Of a stretch of 45,075 bases of DNA, positions 26,417 to 34,650 are shown in pieces. A program made the position numbers and the translations under genes. The notes beneath the pieces are model-generated. The model did not search any database and had not been told where the DNA came from. It saw nothing but the letters and a program-made list of their open reading frames with translations. Origin of the DNA: Minisyncoccota bacterium (GTDB lineage: Bacteria; Patescibacteriota; Minisyncoccia; Phycocordibacterales; UBA12079). Numbering within the stretch: position 1 is the first letter of the stretch; every line of letters begins with the position of its first letter. The stretch lies in assembly GCA_023135835.1 (NCBI GenBank), contig JAGLSI010000002.1, positions 1 through 45,075 on the forward strand. Reading direction: 5' to 3'.

Positions 26417-27055
26417 CTAACGGGATTCATCTTTCTTTGCAATAATCACAATATTTTCTATAAATTTATCTGTAAATAAACCTAAAAACTTATAAATTCC
26501 ATACAAAAATCTTCTTTTGAGACTTTGTTTATATTTTGGCCAAACATCATCTAGATAAATTTCTTCAGAAACCTTCCACCCATTTTTTTCTAATAACTTT
26601 CTTAAAACAACAAAATTAAAATACATTGTATGGTCACTATTCACACTTGGTTCTTTTTTAAATACCTTTTCTACAAAATTAAATAAAATAAAAATATTCG
26701 GAGTGGTAATTATTAATCTCCCGTTATCTTTTAAATTTCTTTTACAAGAATCTAAAAATAATCCAATATTAGAAAGATGTTCAATCAAATCCCCTGCAAA
26801 AATTACATCAAATTTTTCATCAAAATCAAAGTTTTCAGCACTTTGTTTTTTATAATTTTCAGGTTTTTCTAATTTTGTTTTATCAAAATATAAATCCACT
26901 CCAAACACTCCCCTCGCTTGAGATTTTAAAATATTATGAACCCAATCAAAATTACCCGCTTTTATATCTAACCCCCAAAAACCCACATCCAAAACAATAT
27001 CATTATTTGAAATCTGATTTTGAATTAATTCTTTTTTTGATTTATATATTTTCAT
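26417..27055 (-). CDS. Class I SAM-dependent methyltransferase
   Basis: VLDVGFWG...DVIFAGDLIEHLSN...GRLIITTPN. Confidence 0.65.
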   Translation of the reverse strand: MKIYKSKKELIQNQISNNDIVLDVGFWGLDIKAGNFDWVHNILKSQARGVFGVDLYFDKTKLEKPENYKKQSAENFDFDEKFDVIFAGDLIEHLSNIGLFLDSCKRNLKDNGRLIITTPNIFILFNFVEKVFKKEPSVNSDHTMYFNFVVLRKLLEKNGWKVSEEIYLDDVWPKYKQSLKRRFLYGIYKFLGLFTDKFIENIVIIAKKDESR

Positions 27056-27065
27056 TTTATATTAT

Positions 27066-27737
27066 CTATTTAATCCTGCCCCAAACTTTTTCCCGATATT
27101 TTGATATTTTTTCTGTTTCTAAATCAAAATTATCTAATTCAATTCCTTCCCCTAAGTCATAATGAATTTCTCCAATTATATATTTTGTATTTGTAGGATT
27201 TTTAAAAACTTTATGCTCAGTTCCCTCTATATCAAATTTAATTAAATCAAAATTTTCTTTTGGTAATTCTATACATTCTATCTGAGCTACAGAAGAATCT
27301 CCTTCAAATCTATCAATCAAAGAAGATGAGGCTGAACTAGTTCCTAAATACATTGTTTCAACTCCTTCTTTATCACTTATAGCTTTATTATAGACAAAAA
27401 TATTATCTAAACCTTCAACATTCTTTTTTAATTTATCAAATGTCTTAAAATTTGCTTCATATCCATAAATAATTGCCTTTGGATACTTAGCTCTAAAAAA
27501 TAAAATTGAGTAGCCTACATTAGACCCTAAATCAAGAACTTTTTTTGGATCTCCTAATTCTTTGTCATATTCCCCTTTCAAAAATACCTCTCTGAATGTT
27601 TGTGCGTCAGACATATCTGCAATATAACACTTTATTTTTTTACCATAAATTTCTATAGAAATATCTTTTAACAACCATAATAAAAACTTTTCTAATTTCC
27701 TATATTTTATTATTAATTTTAATATAAAAATCTTCAT
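27066..27737 (-). CDS. FkbM family methyltransferase
   Basis: VLDLGSNVGYS, YGYEAN and FDLIKFDIEGTEH. Confidence 0.7.
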   Translation of the reverse strand: MKIFILKLIIKYRKLEKFLLWLLKDISIEIYGKKIKCYIADMSDAQTFREVFLKGEYDKELGDPKKVLDLGSNVGYSILFFRAKYPKAIIYGYEANFKTFDKLKKNVEGLDNIFVYNKAISDKEGVETMYLGTSSASSSLIDRFEGDSSVAQIECIELPKENFDLIKFDIEGTEHKVFKNPTNTKYIIGEIHYDLGEGIELDNFDLETEKISKYREKVWGRIK

Positions 27738-27738
27738 C

Positions 27739-28893
27739 TTAAATCAATTTCTTAAATTCACCCAAAATATTTTTCATTTCAAATTTTTCACCTTGTTTTT
27801 TTATCCTTTCTGAATATCTTTTTCTCATGTTTTCATCTTTAACTAAAACCAAAATAGCTTCGGCAATCTTTTCTGAATCTTGTTTAGCAACTAAAATTCC
27901 ATTTTCTGCATACTCTATATTACCTTTTTCTAATTGATTTTCCAAATCAGAATTTGGAGCTAATAATTCTCTAGAACCTGACCCGCAATCAGTGGCTATT
28001 ATCGGTAAACCTAAAATACCAGCTTCAATTAATGAATTAGAAAAACCTTCCCATAACGAAGTAGAAATAAAAATATCTGAATTTTTCATAGCAAAATAAG
28101 AATATTCATCACTTAAATAACCTGATAAATAAACATCCTTTAAATCTAAATCCTTAATTTGTTTTTCTAAATTACATTTTTCTCCACCTTCTCCTAAAAT
28201 AATCAGTCGAACATCTATCTCCTTTTTTACTAAAGAAAAAGCATTAACTAAAGTTTTAAAATCCTTTTGTTTTTCTAATCTTCCTAGTGCTAAAATTGTA
28301 AATTTATCAGGATATTGCCACTCACCAACTTTTGACCTTTCTACTATTTCTTCTATAAATTTTGGATTATAAATTACTTTTATTTTATTTTTTGGTATTT
28401 TTGAAACTTTTTCTAAATCTATAGCTACATTTTTTGAGTTAGCAATTACAACATCAGCTTTTAGATATAATAATTTAATTAGGAAAGGAATTAACCTGTC
28501 TCTTTTACTCTTATAATTCTTAAATAAATCAGAAAAAGTCATACCTACTCTAACAAAAACTTTCATTTTTGTTCTAGAAACTATTTTGGCTAAAATTAAA
28601 ATAATATTAGCATGTTCTGAAGTTCCTAAAATAAATAATGGTTTTTTCTTTTTCAAATATTTTATTATTGGGAAAATAGAAAAGAAAATTCTTGATACCT
28701 TTAAATCAATAAGATTAATCCTTGAATCAATTTTTTCTACCGAAGAACCTTTTCTAGTAAATAATAACAGATCTACATCAAAACCATCTTCAACAAATCC
28801 TTTTGCTAAATCTAAAACTACTTTTTCCCCTCCACCTCCATACAAACTAATCAAGAAAAAACCTATTTTTTTTCTATTTATTTCTTTTTTCAT
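27739..28893 (-). CDS. GT4 family glycosyltransferase
   Basis: LGRLEKQKD...STSLWEGFSNSLIEAGILGLPIIATDCGSGSRELL. Confidence 0.8.
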   Translation of the reverse strand: MKKEINRKKIGFFLISLYGGGGEKVVLDLAKGFVEDGFDVDLLLFTRKGSSVEKIDSRINLIDLKVSRIFFSIFPIIKYLKKKKPLFILGTSEHANIILILAKIVSRTKMKVFVRVGMTFSDLFKNYKSKRDRLIPFLIKLLYLKADVVIANSKNVAIDLEKVSKIPKNKIKVIYNPKFIEEIVERSKVGEWQYPDKFTILALGRLEKQKDFKTLVNAFSLVKKEIDVRLIILGEGGEKCNLEKQIKDLDLKDVYLSGYLSDEYSYFAMKNSDIFISTSLWEGFSNSLIEAGILGLPIIATDCGSGSRELLAPNSDLENQLEKGNIEYAENGILVAKQDSEKIAEAILVLVKDENMRKRYSERIKKQGEKFEMKNILGEFKKLI

Positions 28894-29933
28894 ATTAATA
28901 ATTCTTTTAAAGTTTTTTCTACTACTTCAAGAGGAACATCACCTAAGCACCTTAATCTTTCGCCCCGACATCCTTCTAAATGCTCTCTCCCTTCATAAAG
29001 GCTATGAATACAACCATCAACAGAATATAAAATTCTTGCATTTGGATTATAATAAGGTAACCAATTAGGAGTCCCGTTTATCGCTACTATTAAACTCTTT
29101 TTCTGCAAAAATGAAGCTATATGAGTTGTTCCTGTATCTACCCCTATAAATAATTTCGCCCCATTTATAATAGTGCATAATTCTGAAATCTTTGGACTTA
29201 TCATTACAAAAACATCATTTTCAAACAACATAGAAATAATATTTAAAATATCTTTGTCTGCATTTCCCCCTGTTAAAATAATTTTCTTATGAGGAGAAAT
29301 TCCCTTTATTACTTTAATCAAATCTATAATTTCTTTTTCTTTAAAACTTCGCCCTTTCGTTGTCGCTATCGGATGAAGGACAATATAATTTCTTTCTTCT
29401 AAGTTTAATTTTTTCAAAACACTTTCATTTGAAATATATTTTAATTCAGGAGTTTCTTTTTCAATTTTAAAACCTATCTTTTTTATTACTTCTTTCAAAA
29501 ACTCTGGATAAATAACATTTGTATTATAATTCAATAATTTAGAATAAATAAATTTATTTATCTTTTGTCCATCTTCAAATCCTACTAATTCACTTTTAGA
29601 GAGAAAAGATATTTTCTTAGCTAATATTTTCACCCACAAAGATAAAATTCCCGGGGTAGGGGCAGTAATTACTAAATTACTTGAAAATAAAAACTTTAAT
29701 AATTTAAAAACTCCCAAAAGCCCCTTAAAACTTCTTTTATTAACTAAAATCAAATTTATATAAGGATATTTCTCTAAAAATTGTAAAAGTAATTTCTCGT
29801 TTTTAGAAACAATTACATTTAATTTTATTGAATTATTGTTCAAATAAATATTTTCCAAAAAGAAAATAGTCATCAAAAAATCCCCAATAGAACCGTTTTG
29901 AAAATATATTAAATTTTTAGGATTGAATTTCAT
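28890..29933 (-). CDS. GT9 (heptosyltransferase-family) glycosyltransferase
   Basis: IVLHPIATTKGRS...LFIGVDTGTTHIASFL. It has a 4-nt ATGA-type overlap with the downstream GT4 gene. Confidence 0.65.
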   Translation of the reverse strand: MKFNPKNLIYFQNGSIGDFLMTIFFLENIYLNNNSIKLNVIVSKNEKLLLQFLEKYPYINLILVNKRSFKGLLGVFKLLKFLFSSNLVITAPTPGILSLWVKILAKKISFLSKSELVGFEDGQKINKFIYSKLLNYNTNVIYPEFLKEVIKKIGFKIEKETPELKYISNESVLKKLNLEERNYIVLHPIATTKGRSFKEKEIIDLIKVIKGISPHKKIILTGGNADKDILNIISMLFENDVFVMISPKISELCTIINGAKLFIGVDTGTTHIASFLQKKSLIVAINGTPNWLPYYNPNARILYSVDGCIHSLYEGREHLEGCRGERLRCLGDVPLEVVEKTLKELLI

Positions 29934-30966
29934 TTATTATCTTTACTAATTCCTTCCCTAAGGTTTCAAGAGTACATTTTTGCATAAACTTATTATAACT
30001 ATTTTGGGCCAATTTTTCTCTTAATTCTCTATCTGCTTTTAATTTAAGGATAGCTTTAGCCAATTCTTGAGGATTTGCTGCAGGGACTAAATACAAATCA
30101 TCATCATTGAATAATTCCCTCACTGCAGGAGTATCAGCAGTAATTACAGGTTTCTTCATAGATACATATTCGTAAACTTTATGAGGAATAACTCTTTGAG
30201 TTTTATTTGTATCACCAAATATACCTAAACAAAGATCTGCTTGTGAAATATAATCAGGTAATTTTTCATAAAGAACATCATTTATGAAATTAACATTTAA
30301 AAAACCCTTCTTCTCATGAGTTCTCTTAATACGAGAACTTACAATATTGAATTGAATATCTTTATTGTCTTCAAGTAATCTTGCCGCCTCTAATATAAAA
30401 ATAACACCTTGCAATGGGACAATATTACCCTGATGCTGAATAATAAATTTAGTATTTTTTATAATAGGTTTTGGTTTAAAAAAACGAGTATCTGTTCCTA
30501 AAAGAACCTTAACAAATTTTTCTTTTTTTAAACCAAACTCTTGAACAAAATAATTGATATGTTCATCAGTATCTAAAATAACTTTATCCACTAATTTACA
30601 AGATAACCAATCTGTAAACCAAAAATATTTAGCTTTTAATCCTTCTTTTTTTGTATTTTTCCTATCAAAAACAGTTGAATCATAAATAGAAACAAGGGCA
30701 TCAAAAATTATTAATTTTCTAGTTAAAAATCTAGAAAGAATTGCAGCATGCCAACCCGGGAAAGCTACCAACAAAACATCGTATTCTTTGCGAATTTTCC
30801 AATGCTTTTTTATTAAATCAAAATATTTTATTACCCCTTTTAATTCAGTGCGACATTCTATAATATTGGCTCCATTCTCTTTTAATCCTAAAACAAGGGT
30901 TCTGCTACGAGAATAATTTGGGTCATATCTTCCAAAAAAACAAACTATTAATTCTTTATTTTTCAT
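29917..30966 (-). CDS. GT-B fold (GT1/GT4-like) glycosyltransferase
   Basis: HKVYEYVSMKKPVITADTPAVRELF is a C-terminal GT-B nucleotide-sugar-binding motif. Confidence 0.6.
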   Translation of the reverse strand: MKNKELIVCFFGRYDPNYSRSRTLVLGLKENGANIIECRTELKGVIKYFDLIKKHWKIRKEYDVLLVAFPGWHAAILSRFLTRKLIIFDALVSIYDSTVFDRKNTKKEGLKAKYFWFTDWLSCKLVDKVILDTDEHINYFVQEFGLKKEKFVKVLLGTDTRFFKPKPIIKNTKFIIQHQGNIVPLQGVIFILEAARLLEDNKDIQFNIVSSRIKRTHEKKGFLNVNFINDVLYEKLPDYISQADLCLGIFGDTNKTQRVIPHKVYEYVSMKKPVITADTPAVRELFNDDDLYLVPAANPQELAKAILKLKADRELREKLAQNSYNKFMQKCTLETLGKELVKIINEIQS

Positions 30967-32090
30967 TGTATTTTTTGATAAATAGAAATAACTTTTTTAA
31001 TTAAGTCTTCTAAATTATGATCTCTGCGAACAATTTCTCGCAATCTTTTTTCAATCTTTACCCTATCTCCATCAGATAGTTCTATTATTTTAGATACCTT
31101 TTTAGCCAAATCTTCACTATCTTTTGATTTAAAAAACAATTTATCCTTATACTCTTCAAAAACATTTCTTGAGGAATCATTACTTGAAATTGTTATTATC
31201 TCACAAGCCATTGCTTCTAAAATAACTTTATCTAAACTTCCTGTTTGACTCATGTTTACAAATAAATCAGCTTGATTTAAGTGATTAACAATATCTTTAT
31301 GAGAAACCGAACCCATAAAGTTTATATTTTCCTCCAAAGATTCATCTTTAATTTTTTGTTTTAATTTGCTTAAATAATCATCTTGATCAGGTAATCCTAT
31401 CTCTCCAATAATATCCAAATTAACATTTTGATTTTTTATTTTTAAAATTTTAATAGCATTAATCAGAGTTTCATAATCTTTAATAGGAGAAATTCTTCCC
31501 ACAGTAATCATTTTAAATTCTTCATTAGCTTTACGAACCTGCCTACCGGCAGGCAGGCTTTTTGACTTTATGAACTTTTGACTCGGTATCCCATGCCCTG
31601 TTATATTCAATTTTTTAGTTTTTAAACGAAAAGATTCTCTTGTTCCAGAAAAAATAGTATGCGTTAATTTTTCAGCTACTCTCAACTTAAAATCAACAGA
31701 TTTATGCATATACCAAAGCCCTATCTTTTTTCCCATTATTCGCCAAAATAAACCTCCTAAAATAACATATTCGGGGTTCATGTGTACAAACACATTGTCA
31801 TAATTATTTTTTTCAGACCAAATATATCGGTAAAAATTAAAGAGATACTTTTTCTTACTTTCAACTTTATGGACCTGCCTGCCGGCAGGCAGGCTTTCTG
31901 ACATTTGACTAGAAAGTTCTTTTCCCAAGGAAAGAACTTTCACATTTCTAGGTAAATCATATTCCCCAACACTCAAAGCAATCACTGTTACCTTTTCACA
32001 ATGTTTGGCAAATTCAATAACCCAGTCATGAAAAAAACCAAGCACATCATCATTTTTATCTATTTTTTGTGTAAGAATTAATAATTTCAT
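30963..32090 (-). CDS. GT4-like glycosyltransferase carrying two in-frame palindromic-element insertions
   Basis: VGRISPIKD...NMSQTGSLDKVILEAMACEIITIS. The ATG is at 32090 (MKLLILTQ). The peptide SLPAGRQV is encoded twice, by the palindromes at 31538 and 31874. Confidence 0.7.
   Translation of the reverse strand: MKLLILTQKIDKNDDVLGFFHDWVIEFAKHCEKVTVIALSVGEYDLPRNVKVLSLGKELSSQMSESLPAGRQVHKVESKKKYLFNFYRYIWSEKNNYDNVFVHMNPEYVILGGLFWRIMGKKIGLWYMHKSVDFKLRVAEKLTHTIFSGTRESFRLKTKKLNITGHGIPSQKFIKSKSLPAGRQVRKANEEFKMITVGRISPIKDYETLINAIKILKIKNQNVNLDIIGEIGLPDQDDYLSKLKQKIKDESLEENINFMGSVSHKDIVNHLNQADLFVNMSQTGSLDKVILEAMACEIITISSNDSSRNVFEEYKDKLFFKSKDSEDLAKKVSKIIELSDGDRVKIEKRLREIVRRDHNLEDLIKKVISIYQKIQ
31538..31557. 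repeat. GC-rich 20-bp palindromic element (cctgcctaccggcaggcagg, one mismatch)
   Basis: Read directly from the sequence. It lies inside the GT4 ORF and has conserved flanks of about 9 nt shared with the copy at 31874. Confidence 0.9.
31874..31893. repeat. GC-rich 20-bp perfect palindromic element (cctgcctgccggcaggcagg)
   Basis: Read directly from the sequence. It lies 336 nt (112 codons) from the other copy, in the same reading frame. Confidence 0.9.
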
Positions 32091-32146
32091 TGACTTTTTT
32101 TTTAGATAATATATTATTAAAGTAATCACCAACGGAAAAGATCACC

Positions 32147-32668
32147 CTACAAGGTACCGTCCTTGTGGGGTCTTTTCTTTTTATATGAAAGTAAATTCTC
32201 TAAATCATTCATATATCTCAAATATTTACGAAATATTTTAAATTTAAGTAAGGCCGAAAACTTTAAACGATTAGGAATCATTACTACTTTTAATTTATTT
32301 TGTTTAAGTAAGTAGGAAACTAAACAATGAAAATCTCCATCTCCAATAACTATCAAAGCTTTATCAAAATTAGAATATTCAATCATTGATTGTAAAACTA
32401 ACTCAGCGTCAACATTTCCTTTCATAGTTCCGTCTTTATATTCTAAAGTAGGCTTAAAGATACAAATAAAGCCTACTTCTTGTAAAAATTTATATAATTC
32501 ATCATTTCCTTTTACATACCCTATAAACAAGAAAGCTTTATTTACCTTATATTTTTCTTTTAAATATATTCTAAATCGTGCAAAATCTAATTTCCAACCT
32601 AATGCTAAAATACTTAAATTTAAATTTTGACTATCTATAAATGCATAATTATTTTCTTTCTTCTCCAT
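32147..32668 (-). CDS. NYN (LabA-like, PIN-related) domain protein, paralog 2
   Basis: YAFIDSQNL, GNVDAELVLQSM and LIVIGDGDFHCLVSYL. The C-terminus KKKRPHKDG parallels KKKRPLNG of paralog 1. The ATG at 32668 lies 2 nt after the AbrB-like stop. Confidence 0.75.
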   Translation of the reverse strand: MEKKENNYAFIDSQNLNLSILALGWKLDFARFRIYLKEKYKVNKAFLFIGYVKGNDELYKFLQEVGFICIFKPTLEYKDGTMKGNVDAELVLQSMIEYSNFDKALIVIGDGDFHCLVSYLLKQNKLKVVMIPNRLKFSALLKFKIFRKYLRYMNDLENLLSYKKKRPHKDGTL

Positions 32669-32670
32669 AT

Positions 32671-32850
32671 TTATTTTTTCCAATCTTTTATAATTATCCT
32701 TTCTTTTTTATCATCAACTTCTACCTCAAGTTTTTGAAATTTTTGCCAACCTAAACCTCTAATTACCTCAATAGGCAAAGTAACAAAATAAGTAGGTCCA
32801 TTTTTTGATAATTTTCTTATATTTCTATCTTCTAATTTTCTTCTAGCCAT
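32671..32850 (-). CDS. AbrB/MazE/SpoVT-type small DNA-binding protein (59 aa), not in ORF track
   Basis: Hand translation: MARRKLEDRNIRKLSKNGPTYFVTLPIEVIRGLGWQKFQKLEVEVDDKKERIIIKDWKK. The YFVTLPIEVIRGLGW...L.V.V pattern is the looped-hinge-helix motif. Confidence 0.6.
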   Translation of the reverse strand: MARRKLEDRNIRKLSKNGPTYFVTLPIEVIRGLGWQKFQKLEVEVDDKKERIIIKDWKK

Positions 32851-32865
32851 ATTTAATATATTACC

Positions 32866-32901
32866 TGTACAATTAACTGTACAGTTAATTATACAGTAAA
32901 T
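32866..32901. promoter_or_regulatory. Three tandem 12-mers upstream of the AbrB-like gene (putative operator)
   Basis: tgtacaattaac tgtacagttaat tatacagtaaat starts 16 nt upstream of the ATG at 32850. It contains the palindromic core ctgtacag. Confidence 0.4.
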
Positions 32902-32952
32902 TTGATAAAAAATGTCAAATATACTAATTTCAAACTACCAACAAACAAGTTT

Positions 32953-34095
32953 TCAATCATTTATCGTCTTTAACCAACCTTCTTTAATCAAAGCTAAATT
33001 TTCATTTCTACTTTGTGGAATTTTTTGCATAAAATCGTTATATGCTTTTTCTTTTAATTCTTCTATCAATTCAGGATGTTGTTGAATATTTTTTATACTT
33101 TGGGCAATACATTTTTCATTTCCAACCTCACACAATAAAGCATTGTTTCCACTTAAAACCTCTCCAACTATTCCAACTTTTGTAGTTAAGATTGGACATT
33201 TAGAAACAATTGCTTCAACCAAAGAAAGCCCGTAACCCTCATAATTAGAAGTTGAAAGAAACAAATCCGCAGTTTTATAATACGAAATAGGGTCATCAGT
33301 CCATTTTTTAAAAATTACCTTTTCCTCCAAACCTTTTCTTCTAGCCAACCTTCTTAAACTTTTTCTCTGTGAGCCTTCCCCTACTATTATTAATCCAGTC
33401 TTAGGAAAAATATCAACAACATCTTTCATAGCAGAAATAGCTAAAGAAATATTTTTCTCACTCTCTAAACGACACATCATTAAAATTATAAATTTAAATT
33501 GTAAATATTTTTCTTTTAAAGAAAAATTTGGAGTTGAAACTTGAATCAAATTTGAACTTGTAAAAATAGGAACTATTGTAATTGGTTTTTTCTGAAGTCT
33601 TTTTGGTAAAGATTCTTGTATTCTTTTAGAAACAACTCTTATATGATCTGCTCTTGATAGAAGAAACTTGGCTATTCTAGATCTAAAAAAATTAGCCAGT
33701 GAGTGCTTAATAAAATATTTATTAAATAAATCTGTATGAATCTGTAATTCTAATTTAGTTTTTATTTTTCTAGACATGACCCAAGCAATAAAACCTGTCT
33801 CATACGCATCTTGGGCAGTAATTAAATCTATCTTTTTTTTATCTTTAGATTTAAATTCTTTAATATTTAAAGCAATTTTTATAGCATCAAAAATATATAA
33901 AAACTTATTTACCGAATTAGTCGGATAAACTGTACATTTTTCACTTATTCTCACTTTTTTATAAGATTCTGATTCAAGATTTAAAACAACCACACACAAA
34001 TTATCAACTAACTCAGCATAATCTAACAACCTTTGTCTTACCAAGCTTTTTTCTTCAAATATTTTTTTATCTGTACTTAATATTAAGATGTTCAT
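32953..34095 (-). CDS. GT4 family glycosyltransferase
   Basis: CRLESEKN...LSTSNYEGYGLSLVEAIVSKCPILTTKVGIVGEVL. The ATG at 34095 lies just after the RelE-like stop. Confidence 0.8.
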   Translation of the reverse strand: MNILILSTDKKIFEEKSLVRQRLLDYAELVDNLCVVVLNLESESYKKVRISEKCTVYPTNSVNKFLYIFDAIKIALNIKEFKSKDKKKIDLITAQDAYETGFIAWVMSRKIKTKLELQIHTDLFNKYFIKHSLANFFRSRIAKFLLSRADHIRVVSKRIQESLPKRLQKKPITIVPIFTSSNLIQVSTPNFSLKEKYLQFKFIILMMCRLESEKNISLAISAMKDVVDIFPKTGLIIVGEGSQRKSLRRLARRKGLEEKVIFKKWTDDPISYYKTADLFLSTSNYEGYGLSLVEAIVSKCPILTTKVGIVGEVLSGNNALLCEVGNEKCIAQSIKNIQQHPELIEELKEKAYNDFMQKIPQSRNENLALIKEGWLKTIND

Positions 34096-34099
34096 TTTT

Positions 34100-34360
34100 T
34101 TAATATATATCATGTTTACCAATTGAATAAAACCTTATGTTTTTGTTTTGATCAAAGTCAAAAATAATTCTATATTCAAAATCAATTGAAAAAGTATAAA
34201 AGTTTTTAAATCGTCTGTGTAACTTATGAGTTTTAAGTAATGGAGTAAAATAATCTTTTATAAATATCTTTTCTTTTTTTAATACTTTTTGCTGAATGGA
34301 AATAGGTAACTTTTTAAACTTTTTTAAAAAACTATTTTTATAATAAATTTTAACTTTCAT
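34100..34360 (-). CDS. RelE/ParE-family type II toxin
   Basis: 86 aa with KTHKLHRRFKNFYTFSIDFEYRIIFDF...IRFYSIGKHDIY, typical of RelE/StbE-type mRNA interferases. It overlaps the antitoxin gene by 11 nt. Confidence 0.75.
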   Translation of the reverse strand: MKVKIYYKNSFLKKFKKLPISIQQKVLKKEKIFIKDYFTPLLKTHKLHRRFKNFYTFSIDFEYRIIFDFDQNKNIRFYSIGKHDIY

Positions 34361-34583
34361 ATTTTTTAAGAGCTTCTTCCATAGAATTAGCTTTTATAAT
34401 ACCCTCATTATTTTCAAATTCTTTACGCATTTCCATTAATTCTTTATATAAAGTGTCTTCTTTCCATTGTCTAATTAAATTACGAAAAAACTCGCTAGAT
34501 GAAGCATAAGAACCTTTTTTAATTTCTTTTTTTATATCTTTAGCCATCTCTTTTGGCAAGGAAATAGTCATCGTTGTTCTCAT
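34350..34583 (-). CDS. Ribbon-helix-helix (ParD/CopG-like) antitoxin
   Basis: MTISLPKEMAKDIKKEI..GSYASSSEFFRNLIRQW is an RHH motif. The gene sits directly upstream of the toxin. Confidence 0.75.
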   Translation of the reverse strand: MRTTMTISLPKEMAKDIKKEIKKGSYASSSEFFRNLIRQWKEDTLYKELMEMRKEFENNEGIIKANSMEEALKKYES

Positions 34584-34612
34584 TATTTTATTTAAATTAT
34601 CTATTAATGTAT

Positions 34613-34629
34613 GTAAGACAATGTCTTAC
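34613..34629. promoter_or_regulatory. 17-bp palindrome upstream of the antitoxin gene (putative operator)
   Basis: gtaagaca a tgtcttac lies 30 nt upstream of the ATG at 34583. Confidence 0.4.
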
Positions 34630-34650
34630 TCCTTATCCTATATTAATCTA

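Noticed and set aside
26336-26424. Long-range complementarity cccgttaga (26336-26344) / tctaacggg (26416-24) spanning the DUF616-MT intergenic region.
   Set aside because: This is a 9-bp stem enclosing a loop of about 70 nt, and it overlaps both coding ends. It is weak thermodynamically and plausibly due to chance.
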